Below, piece after piece: positions 49,101-56,777 of a stretch of 64,000 nucleotides of DNA. The stretch is from Bacteroidaceae bacterium (GTDB lineage: Bacteria; Bacteroidota; Bacteroidia; Bacteroidales; UBA932). Location: contig CAVIGZ010000004.1 in the NCBI GenBank assembly GCA_963642565.1, positions 4,054-68,053 of the forward strand. The letters run 5' to 3'. The translations under genes and the position numbers were made by a program. Each line of letters begins with the position of its first letter. Position 1 is the first letter of the stretch. The notes below the pieces were generated by a model. It saw only the letters and a list, made by a program, of their open reading frames with translations, was not told where the DNA came from and did no database searches.

Positions 49101-49263
49101 TTCCTTCCGGGAAAATCAGCTTGAAGTTCTCTGTCTCCATCTGCCTCCACCTAAGCGACGCCGGATCGTCCCCCGTCAGCGAGAACTGTGCGTCAGCTTC
49201 TGTGCAGAACAAAGACAGGAAGAACACTGTCACCGACAGGATATGGATTATGGCCCTGGTCAT
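46123..49263 (-). CDS. Large exported protein: zincin-like domain + TolB-like propeller + probable C-terminal OM beta-barrel
   Basis: Signal peptide, HEGRH…EGDA, PAPAPDGKVLA propeller blades, beta-rich C-terminus ending YIGWIFSINL. Confidence 0.65.
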   Translation of the reverse strand: MTRAIIHILSVTVFFLSLFCTEADAQFSLTGDDPASLRWRQMETENFKLIFPEGNDSLARVYGKELEAARLKVAGSSGFLIGQNYRSKMPVVLHSRHVLPNASVTWAPKRMDMFTVNDPYAPTAMPWVRNLTIHEGRHAAQMQFGADRGNKTLHWLFGEMAAGAFAGIFPGPAFLEGDAVVAETALSRSGRGRQADFLGYMMPAFDCGDWRDYYRWSYGSNKRYTPDHYRVGYMLIAGSRVFFDDPLFTKEYFDRVVRKGRIFNLQRTVKDASGKNFKDSFRVIEENFRRLWNMEAALREPFMPSRQVSGTPLMHTEYGGAVQADGSGIYSIKSGLAAANSLVRMDPAGKEKRIRSFASYTSDLSLDSEGQRIFWSESVAGLRRTLGGSSRIRYVNLKKPERVHDLTRKERFFNPAPAPDGKVLAVTEYPYAGGSRIVLLDADDGFALKSFIAPDSLQFTESAWIGERLFAAGLSENGTGIYEIAGQNADGKAILSQLLDPQPVTLSHLRSVPVPEDGRLSFLCDRTGVTELYSFDVDALTLRQLTSTRYGISSPVFKADTLYYSSLAASDSPRDYRQGRMMYATAVGDLPVTEVRYGDIHKYPVAEALSAQENAIGNSADIAAEAGFTRTERYSKVRLPHIHSWAPVYFNYNEIDDISGDDYYKSVSLGATALFQNLLSTGYGMIGYGAHEDPYRTGKWRHSGHFKYVYTGLFPVFELSADINDRAAMDIRKIQVTKGNYYRLYNKGSLSDRPYLDGSVKVYVPLNFSSGGITRGLIPQIRYRFTNDRYNDRILLQHIVNKDGKEVTETFSSIGEEHVSPLRTLDVSLRGYVMRQKAPSQVFPSLGFGAELGIHTRPGHLDAYRPTAYLYTYGYLPGFSARQGLRLTASMETYFGPGEEGSMPEGALTAVPRGFVDTNLKSILNTCSESRWKLTADYAIPFGDVDLSFLSPVAYIKNFELTPFLDWSYQTFNRSGILHYNPGGVAGENLFSAGADLSVNLGNFLWLPYDTQIGIRYARNFWSNIDRFPISALNRNYIGWIFSINL

Positions 49264-49330
49264 ACATCGGCAGTAAGAAACCTTCTAACCTGCATCATCT
49301 TTTTTACACGTTACTAAAAGGTTTGCCTCG

Positions 49331-50980
49331 CTATATTTCGATCATAGGACTTGCGAGGGCCTTTCTGAGCTGGTCGTCGTAGCGGAGACGGATCTTGATG
49401 CCGGCTTCCTGGAAGTGGTAGCGGACGGCGATCTCCTCCTCGATGAAAGGCACGATCTCATCCTTCTTAAGTTTAAGGAAAGTCTCCTTGTCCATCTCCA
49501 GGGCTTTCTGGAGGGCGTCAAGCTCCACTGACATATTCTTTGACAGACCGTCTTTCTCAAGTTCCGTCTTCATCCGGTCGAAGTAGGTCCTGGCGCTGGA
49601 GCGGTAGTCGAACTCCTTTGTCTTGGCGAATGCCACGAATCCGTCCCAGTCCTTGTCGGAGAGGTGGAAGTCCTCATCTACCGAAGAGTGCGAGCGGACA
49701 AAGTCGAGGACATATTGCTCGATGATTCCTGAATAGACGAGGGAATATGTGAGCCGGCTGTAGTCGTGTCCGTCAATCTTGACATCCGGGGTGATGCCGC
49801 CGCCGTCGCGCACCGTCCTGCCGCGGGAGGTCTTGAACTCATGTGTCAGAGAGTCGGGGATGTACCCGACGCTGCCGTCTTCGTTGCGGTGCGAGTAGTC
49901 GATCGCCTGGACGCAGCGTCCGGACGGAGTGTAGTATTTCGCCGTGGTGACTTTGAGCTGGCCGTTGTACGGGAGCGGGCGGATGCTTTGGACAAGTCCC
50001 TTGCCGAATGTCCTTGTGCCCATCACCGTGGCCCTGTCAAGGTCCTGAAGGGCTCCGGTCACGATTTCGGACGAGGATGCCGAGCCGGAATCCACCATCA
50101 CGATGATCGGAATCTGAGTGTCAAGCGGTTCGGATGTGGTCTTGTAGTGCATCTCGGTTCCGGCGGCCTGCCCTTTGGAGGACACCACCATGGAGCCTTT
50201 CGGCACGAAGAGGGACACTATGCCCACCGCCTCGCTCATCAGGCCGCCGCCGTTGCCCCGCAGATCGAGGACCAGCTTCTTCATTCCCTGGCTCTTGAGT
50301 CTCAGGAAAGCGTTGCGCAGCTCTCCGGAGACGTTCTCCGTGAAGCCGCTCTGGTAGATGTAGCCGGTGGTGTCGTTGAGCATTCCGGCATATTCGATGT
50401 CCGGAAGATGGATCCTCTCGCGGGTCACCACGATGTCCTCCACTTCCTTGGAGCGCAGTTTCAGCACCTTGAACCTGACCGTCGTGCCGGGCTTGCCCTT
50501 CATCCTGTCGGAACTTTCCTGACTTGTGAGTCCGTGGGTGCTCACCCCGTCGATCTCCATGATCTCGTCGCCGCAGGCGAGACCGTACTTCTGGGCCGGA
50601 GACCCCTTGTAAGGCTCGTTGATGATGACGTTCCCGTCTTTCCGGGGTTTGTAGATCAACGCCCCGATGCCGCCGTAGGACTTGTTGATCATCATCATCA
50701 GGTCTTCGTTCTCCTCCTCCGGAATGTAAACGGTGTACGGGTCAAGGTTCTCAAGCATCGCGTCGATGCCGGCCCGCTCGATCCTGTCCACAGGCAGCGA
50801 GTCCACGTAGGAGCGGTTGAGTTCCTTGAGTATGGAATTCTGGATCTCGGTCCATTTCCCGAGTTTGAAGCTCTGTGACTGCGAATAGGCCGCGGTGCTG
50901 ACCGCTACTGCCAGCGATGCCGCTATCAATGATTTGATCTTCATGTTCTTGAATATGTTCTTGAATGTCCCCGCCTTCAT
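49331..50980 (-). CDS. S41 family C-terminal processing protease (CtpA/Prc-like)
   Basis: LDPYT, PDZ (GSPAQKYGL), LDLRGNGGG, SASSSEIVTGALQD, TFGKGLVQ. Start may be 50944. Confidence 0.93.
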   Translation of the reverse strand: MKAGTFKNIFKNMKIKSLIAASLAVAVSTAAYSQSQSFKLGKWTEIQNSILKELNRSYVDSLPVDRIERAGIDAMLENLDPYTVYIPEEENEDLMMMINKSYGGIGALIYKPRKDGNVIINEPYKGSPAQKYGLACGDEIMEIDGVSTHGLTSQESSDRMKGKPGTTVRFKVLKLRSKEVEDIVVTRERIHLPDIEYAGMLNDTTGYIYQSGFTENVSGELRNAFLRLKSQGMKKLVLDLRGNGGGLMSEAVGIVSLFVPKGSMVVSSKGQAAGTEMHYKTTSEPLDTQIPIIVMVDSGSASSSEIVTGALQDLDRATVMGTRTFGKGLVQSIRPLPYNGQLKVTTAKYYTPSGRCVQAIDYSHRNEDGSVGYIPDSLTHEFKTSRGRTVRDGGGITPDVKIDGHDYSRLTYSLVYSGIIEQYVLDFVRSHSSVDEDFHLSDKDWDGFVAFAKTKEFDYRSSARTYFDRMKTELEKDGLSKNMSVELDALQKALEMDKETFLKLKKDEIVPFIEEEIAVRYHFQEAGIKIRLRYDDQLRKALASPMIEI

Positions 50981-51139
50981 CTTCGCGGCGGCAAGGTCAA
51001 GGCACGGCGCAACACCTGTGCCAACTCCGCAAATTTAAGGAATTCCGTCCAAAGAAATTCGCGCGGCAAAAAAAATTTGCAGTCTGAAAGGATTTACGTA
51101 AATTTACAAGATTTGTTTTAAAACGGATTTCGTGCGATC

Positions 51140-52669
51140 ATGGGAGGCGGAAAAAAAGTGATGATGTTCGCCGGCCTTGGCGGGCTGGCGGTCGGAGTGT
51201 GTGCCATGCTGGCGGTGGGCGGTGCGATGACCCGCACTTCCACCAACGAGTATTGCATGAGCTGCCACTACCATGAACAGGCGGATGCCGACTGGAAGAA
51301 ATCCGAGCACTACAACAGCAGGAGCGGAGTGGTGACCGACTGTGCGGCGTGTCATCTTCCGCCGAAGGAGAACGGCTACCTCCGCTACTACATGGTCAAG
51401 GCCAGGATGGGGGCGAAGGATCTCTGGGCCAAGATGACGAAGGACAAGGACGAGATCGACTGGAGTTCAAGAAGGACGCTTGAGCGCGGCTCGGAAATCG
51501 TTTACAACGAGTCCTGCGAGAAATGCCATGTCAATCTTTATCCTTCGGGGATCTCCGATGACGGCATCACGGCCCATCTCTACTACGACGAAAATTCAAA
51601 GAAACTGGATCTCCAGTGCATCAGCTGCCATCTGAACACCGGCCACGACATGCCCGGCTACGAGCATAAGAGATTGGAAGGCAAGGTGATGGACACGGGT
51701 GGCGGAGAGAAGTACGACAGCGCCGCCGTGGTGATCTCATTCTCCAACTTCACGGAGACTGTTCCGGGGACGACGGCAGCCATAAGCATGATCGCCGTTC
51801 CTGGAGGCGAGTTCACGCTCGGAAGTCCGGACAGCGAGCCGTTCCGTTCGGAGGACGAGGGCCCGCAGAGGAAGGTCCGGATCTCACCGTTCTTCATGGG
51901 CGAGGTCGAGGTGACATGGCATCAGTTCTGGGCTTTCTACAACGAGACGATGTCCGAGGGCAGAACCCCTCCGGAGAAAATCTATGCCAACAACAACCGT
52001 CCTGACGTGGATGCGGTCAGCGGGCCTACCCCGCCGTTCGGATTCCCGGACCAGGGCTGGGGAATGGGTGAAAGGCCGGCGATCACGATGACACACTACG
52101 CCGCCGAGACGTTCTGTCAGTGGCTTTCCCTCAAAACGGGGCGCAGCTACCGTCTCCCGACCGAGGCCGAATGGGAATATGCGGCCCGTGGCGGCACCCG
52201 GACTCCGTACTTCTTCGAGGGCAACCCGAAGAAATACTCGAAAGAGACATTCTGGAACAGACTTTTCGGAGCGGACACGACCTCTATCGCAAGTTATGTG
52301 GTCTATGCGGAGGACAGTTTCGGCAAGACGCAGGAGCCTTCCGAGGTGAAGGCCAATCCGTTCGGACTCAAGAATATGCTGGGCAACGTGATGGAATATT
52401 GCTCCGACCGTTATGCCGCGGACGCATATTCAAAGATCGCTGACGGCGCTTTGGATCCGAAAGGTCCGGAGAGCGGCGACGAGTTCGTGGTCCGCGGAGG
52501 AGCCTATTCGGATGATGCCTCCCTTGTCCGCTGCGCCGCCAGAAACCACACCCGTAATGATGACTGGCTCCGCACAGATCCGCAGAACCCGAAGAGCATC
52601 TGGTGGTATTCTGACATCAAGGGGATCGGTTTCAGGGTCGTGTGCGACGTGCCGGAAGGAATTCTATAA
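51140..52669 (+). CDS. NapC/NirT-type tetraheme cytochrome c fused to an FGE/SUMF1-like domain
   Basis: N-terminal TM, four CxxCH motifs (CMSCH, CAACH, CEKCH, CISCH…GH). Then FTLGS…DEGPQR…EVT, RLPTEAEWEYAARGG, NPFGL..MLGNV.E, RGGAY, IGFRVV. Confidence 0.88.
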   Translation: MGGGKKVMMFAGLGGLAVGVCAMLAVGGAMTRTSTNEYCMSCHYHEQADADWKKSEHYNSRSGVVTDCAACHLPPKENGYLRYYMVKARMGAKDLWAKMTKDKDEIDWSSRRTLERGSEIVYNESCEKCHVNLYPSGISDDGITAHLYYDENSKKLDLQCISCHLNTGHDMPGYEHKRLEGKVMDTGGGEKYDSAAVVISFSNFTETVPGTTAAISMIAVPGGEFTLGSPDSEPFRSEDEGPQRKVRISPFFMGEVEVTWHQFWAFYNETMSEGRTPPEKIYANNNRPDVDAVSGPTPPFGFPDQGWGMGERPAITMTHYAAETFCQWLSLKTGRSYRLPTEAEWEYAARGGTRTPYFFEGNPKKYSKETFWNRLFGADTTSIASYVVYAEDSFGKTQEPSEVKANPFGLKNMLGNVMEYCSDRYAADAYSKIADGALDPKGPESGDEFVVRGGAYSDDASLVRCAARNHTRNDDWLRTDPQNPKSIWWYSDIKGIGFRVVCDVPEGIL

Positions 52670-52713
52670 AGTTATAAAGTTAAAACATTAATAACATAAA
52701 GACTATTGATAAA

Positions 52714-54069
52714 ATGAACAACAAAATGGACAGAAGATCCTTTCTTGGCAAGAGCGCCAGGATAGGTGTAGGTCTGGTAGGCGGCAGCGTTTTGCTGTCC
52801 GCCTGCGCTGGCGGTGACAAATCCGGCAAATTGATTCCCCTCAGGCAGCCGGGCGAGTATTATGTTCCGGAACTTCCGGACAAGGCCATTGACGGTAAGG
52901 AACTCAAGGTCGGCGTGATCGGCTGCGGCGGACGCGGAAGCGGTGCCGTTGAGGATCTGCTGAACGCCGCCGACGGAATCAAGGTGACGGCTCTCGGCGA
53001 TGTGTTCGCCGACCGGCTGAACAGCCTCCGCGACAGCCTAAAGAACAACAGGAATCAGGAGGTTCCGGAGGATCACTGCTTTGTCGGCTTCGATGCTTAC
53101 AAGCAGGTCATCGATTCCGGGGTTGACATGGTCATCGTGGCCACTCCGCCTGTCTTCAGGCCGACACATTTCCAGTACGCCACCGAAAAGGGAGTCCATT
53201 CGTTCCTTGAGAAGCCTATCGCGGTGGACGCCAAAGGCTACCGTCAGATCATGGCCACGGCGAAACAGGCCGAGGCCAAGGGTCTTTGCGTGGTGACCGG
53301 AACGCAGCGTCATCATCAGAGGCCTTATGTGGAGTCCTTCAAGAAGATTCAGGAAGGCATGATCGGCGAGATCACCGGCGGCAATGTTTACTGGAACCAG
53401 GGCATGCTCTGGTACAGGGAGCGTCAGCAGGGCTGGAGCGACATGGAATGGATGATCCGCGACTGGGTCAACTGGAAGTGGCTTTCCGGCGACCACATCG
53501 TCGAGCAGCACGTGCACAACATCGACGTGTTCAACTGGATGATCGGAGGGCATCCGATCAAGGCGACCGGTTTCGGAAGCCGTCAGCGCCGCGTCACCGG
53601 AGACCAGTACGACAACTTCAGCATCGACTTCGAGTACGAGAACGGAGTCCATCTGCACAGCATGTCGCGTCAGATCGACGGTTGCTCCAACAACATCAGT
53701 GAATATGTCCGCGGAACCAAAGGCTACTGGAGTTCTGTGGATTTCGCCATCCGTGACCTTCAGGGGAATGTCCTTTGGCAGTTCGACGCCGAGGCCGAGA
53801 AGGCTCAGTACCAGCAGACCAATCCGTATGTGCTTGAGCATGTCGATTGGGTGAACCACATCCGTAAGGGTGAGACTCATGTGGAGGCCGGAGATTGCGG
53901 CGTGTCATCTCTTTGCGGAGTGATGGGCCGTGAGGCGGCCTACACCGGCCAGACCATAACCTGGGACGAGATCAGCGCCTCCGACCTGGACTACCTCCCG
54001 GAGAAGCTGGAACTCGGCAAGATGGACATGAGCAAGTATGTCGTACCGGTTCCGGGTTCCGGAAAGTAA
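52714..54069 (+). CDS. Tat-exported Gfo/Idh/MocA NAD(P)-dependent oxidoreductase (probable lipoprotein)
   Basis: DRRSFL Tat motif, LSAC lipobox, VGVIGCGGRGSG, ATPP, EKP, GTQRH, EQHVHNID. Confidence 0.9.
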   Translation: MNNKMDRRSFLGKSARIGVGLVGGSVLLSACAGGDKSGKLIPLRQPGEYYVPELPDKAIDGKELKVGVIGCGGRGSGAVEDLLNAADGIKVTALGDVFADRLNSLRDSLKNNRNQEVPEDHCFVGFDAYKQVIDSGVDMVIVATPPVFRPTHFQYATEKGVHSFLEKPIAVDAKGYRQIMATAKQAEAKGLCVVTGTQRHHQRPYVESFKKIQEGMIGEITGGNVYWNQGMLWYRERQQGWSDMEWMIRDWVNWKWLSGDHIVEQHVHNIDVFNWMIGGHPIKATGFGSRQRRVTGDQYDNFSIDFEYENGVHLHSMSRQIDGCSNNISEYVRGTKGYWSSVDFAIRDLQGNVLWQFDAEAEKAQYQQTNPYVLEHVDWVNHIRKGETHVEAGDCGVSSLCGVMGREAAYTGQTITWDEISASDLDYLPEKLELGKMDMSKYVVPVPGSGK

Positions 54070-54097
54070 CCGGTCGCTGAGCCTGTCGAAGTGCCGG
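54070..54097. repeat. REP-like palindrome CCGGTCGCTGAGCCTGTCGAAG…
   Basis: 22 nt identical to the reverse complement of 4351-4372. Confidence 0.8.
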
Positions 54098-54133
54098 AGA
54101 TACGGAATGTCATAAACAATAAAGCGAGAATTT

Positions 54134-55045
54134 ATGGACAGAAGAAGTTTTTTGACAACTGCGGCGGCCGGGTCGGCGGCTTTGGCCGCCGCCTCGGTGC
54201 TGCCGGGATGCGTTGCCGTCAAGGACGATAGGAAAAAGGCCGGGAAGGACCTTGAGCTGAATCTTTCCTTTCAGGAGGGGACGGCTCCCGGCGAGACTCT
54301 GGCTGAAAGGCTGGACTTCATGGAGAGTCTCGGAATCACCGGTTTCGAGCCGGGTGGACACGGGCTGGCTTCCCGTGTGAAGGAGATTCAGGATGCCCTC
54401 AGCGGACGGAACATCAAGGTGTCGGCGATCTGCGCCGGTTTCGACGGCTTCATCCTTGCCGAGGATCCTGCGGTCAAGGAACTGTTCGACAAGACCATGC
54501 GCGGGATCGTGGCCGCCGCCGGAGAACTCGGATCGACCGGAGTCATCATGGTTCCGGCGTTCAACCATCAGACTCCGTGCAGGCCTCACACGATTGACAC
54601 CCGCAAGTTCCTTTGCGAGCAGCTCCACGACCTCGGAGAGTTCGCCCTTGAACACGGCACGACCGTGATCCTTGAGCCGTTGAACAGGAACGAGGCATTC
54701 TACCTCCGTCAGGTGGCCGACGCCGCTGCGATTGCCCGTGACTCGGACAGCGAGGGAGTCAAGGCTATGGGCGACTTCTGGCACATGTCCGAGGAGACTT
54801 CCGACTACGGCGCCCTGATGTCGGCCGGCAAGGAGTACCTTCAGCACGTCCACATCGCCAGCCGCGGACGCCGCATCATGCCGGGCGAGGACGGAGAGAA
54901 GGACAACTACGTTGACGGATTCAGAGCCCTCAAGGAGATTGGTTACGACAAGTATGTCAGCTTCGAGTGCGGTACGAAGGGCGACCGCGCCACGACCGTC
55001 ACCGCAGCCGTTGATCTCCTGCGCAAGCAGTGGGTCCAGGCGTAA
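54134..55045 (+). CDS. Tat-exported xylose-isomerase-like TIM-barrel sugar isomerase/epimerase/dehydratase
   Basis: DRRSFL Tat motif, metal ligands in LEPLNRNE, GDFWHM, HVHIAS, SFEC. Confidence 0.88.
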   Translation: MDRRSFLTTAAAGSAALAAASVLPGCVAVKDDRKKAGKDLELNLSFQEGTAPGETLAERLDFMESLGITGFEPGGHGLASRVKEIQDALSGRNIKVSAICAGFDGFILAEDPAVKELFDKTMRGIVAAAGELGSTGVIMVPAFNHQTPCRPHTIDTRKFLCEQLHDLGEFALEHGTTVILEPLNRNEAFYLRQVADAAAIARDSDSEGVKAMGDFWHMSEETSDYGALMSAGKEYLQHVHIASRGRRIMPGEDGEKDNYVDGFRALKEIGYDKYVSFECGTKGDRATTVTAAVDLLRKQWVQA

Positions 55046-55887
55046 TGTCTGCCTTGGACTATCCGTTCGGGCTTTCCGCGGCCTTGGTCCATGTCTGCCT
55101 TCTGGTGGTCATCTATGTGTCGCGTGAGCGATGTCCGTTGTACAGACATCTGGCCGGACGGAAAGCCTGCACAATCTCGATTTCAATCGTACTGTCTCTG
55201 CTTCTCATCTTCGGGCTCACACCGCAGGATGGGAGCGGAGACGGTTTTTTAGGCGTTCTTGGTTTTCGGAACATGAGCCGTTCGCCGGTTTTCATCCTCG
55301 CGTTGTTTCTTTTAGCGACGACCGTCACGCTGAACACGATCGAGGATATTCATAAATTCACAAGGCATCGCTTTGGAGTGACCTGTGCCCACCTGGCACT
55401 GTCGGTGATTCTCATCGCCGGGCTGTTCGGCAGCGGCGGAACCGTCCGGGCGAGAATGGAGGCGAATCCGGGCATTCCCGTTCACTATGGGCTGGACGAG
55501 CGGAGCGGCGAATCCCGTAAGCTGCCTTTCGAACTGACCCTCAGACGCTTTGTGATTGATGAATATGCCTCCGAAGCCTCTTTGGTTCTGCCGGACGGCC
55601 GCTCTTCCGAGGTCAGAATCGCTGTCAACCATCCGGTCCGGGTCGGAGAGTGGTGGATCTACCAGACGGATTATGTGATGGACACCGGGCGCGGGGAGTT
55701 CACAAGCATATTCAAATGTGTCCATTCCCCGTTGTCCGAGGTTTTCCGCATCGCCTTGTGGCTGCTGCTCGTCTGCGCCGCTGCGATGGTGTTCTTTTCC
55801 GGTTTCAAGCCTCACTTCGGAAAGAGGGCCATCTCTTCCGGACAAGATTCTTCCGAGGAGATGTTCAATGGAAAGGAGGTTCGGTGA
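55045..55887 (+). CDS. Cytochrome c biogenesis protein ResB/CcsB-like (system II)
   Basis: TM helices, conserved His in CAHLAL, LPFELTLRRF, IAVNHP…WIYQ. TAATG coupling with the upstream gene. Confidence 0.75.
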   Translation: MSALDYPFGLSAALVHVCLLVVIYVSRERCPLYRHLAGRKACTISISIVLSLLLIFGLTPQDGSGDGFLGVLGFRNMSRSPVFILALFLLATTVTLNTIEDIHKFTRHRFGVTCAHLALSVILIAGLFGSGGTVRARMEANPGIPVHYGLDERSGESRKLPFELTLRRFVIDEYASEASLVLPDGRSSEVRIAVNHPVRVGEWWIYQTDYVMDTGRGEFTSIFKCVHSPLSEVFRIALWLLLVCAAAMVFFSGFKPHFGKRAISSGQDSSEEMFNGKEVR

Positions 55888-56777
55888 TGGGTTGGGATTC
55901 ATTCGTCTGGTTCGCCTCGACCGCATCCGCGCTGTGGATTTGCGGAGCGGTTGCCTCTGTCAGGTCGGAGCGGCGTCTGCCTGCGGTTCTGCTGACCGGC
56001 TGCGGATCTGCCGTATTCCTTGCATTCATTGCCGGAGTGTGGATCTCGCTCGGCCGTCCGCCGCTCCGCACGATGGGGGAGACCCGCCTCTGGTTCAGCC
56101 TCTTCCTCTCTCTGATCGGTCTCGGGGTCTATTTCCGTTGGCGCTACCGCTGGGTGCTGCCGTTCGGCTGCCTGATGGCCGTGATGTTCGCGAGCATCAA
56201 CGTGTTCAAGCCGGAGATCCACACCGAGGAACTTATGCCGGCCCTTCGCAGTCCGTGGTTCGTTCCGCACGTCATCGTCTACATGTTCGCCTATGCAGTG
56301 ATGGGCATCGCCACCATCCTCGCCGTCCGCCTCCTCCGGCTTCTCCGCCATCCGGTCACGAAGCCGGAGCCTTCGGCCACTGAGCCAGTCGGAGTGACCG
56401 ACCTCCGCCTCTGCGACACCCTTGTCCGCATCGGCTGGGGTTTCCTCACGATGGGCATAGTGATGGGGGCCCTCTGGGCCAAGCAGGCCTGGGGTGACTA
56501 CTGGACCTGGGATCCCAAGGAGACCTGGGCCGCCGCCACCTGGCTGAGTTACCTGCTTTATCTTCATCTGCGCCAAGGTCAAGGCCATAACCATAGTCAA
56601 GGTCCGGGCTCTTTTATGTCTTCGGTCACTGAGCTGGCCGAAGTGACATCACACTCCCACAGATCCGTCCGCCGCGCTCTCCTCCTCCTGCTCTTCTCGT
56701 TCATTCTCCTCCAGATGTGCTGGTGGGGCGTCAACTGCCTTCCCTCCGCCCAAGGCTTCAGCCTTCACACTTATTGA
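55887..56777 (+). CDS. ccsA: Cytochrome c biogenesis protein CcsA (system II heme lyase)
   Basis: RPPLRTMGET, MPALRSPWFVPHV, WAKQAWGDYWTWDPKETW (WWD domain), YLH, C-terminal SLHTY. TGATG coupling. Confidence 0.93.
   Translation: MGWDSFVWFASTASALWICGAVASVRSERRLPAVLLTGCGSAVFLAFIAGVWISLGRPPLRTMGETRLWFSLFLSLIGLGVYFRWRYRWVLPFGCLMAVMFASINVFKPEIHTEELMPALRSPWFVPHVIVYMFAYAVMGIATILAVRLLRLLRHPVTKPEPSATEPVGVTDLRLCDTLVRIGWGFLTMGIVMGALWAKQAWGDYWTWDPKETWAAATWLSYLLYLHLRQGQGHNHSQGPGSFMSSVTELAEVTSHSHRSVRRALLLLLFSFILLQMCWWGVNCLPSAQGFSLHTY

Noticed and set aside
49766..50878. 370-aa plus-strand ORF
   Set aside because: Antisense shadow of the S41 protease gene.
52480..52669. FGE/CLec domain as a DGR target
   Set aside because: No second copy of its 3' end and no RT or avd-like gene was seen.
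51140..56777. nrfHA nitrite reductase or nap operon
   Set aside because: There is no pentaheme NrfA (CxxCK) or molybdoenzyme gene. The partners are sugar-type enzymes.
56758..56777. 20-bp convergent overlap of ccsA and the U32 gene
   Set aside because: Short 3' overlaps are common and both genes end in plausible C-termini.
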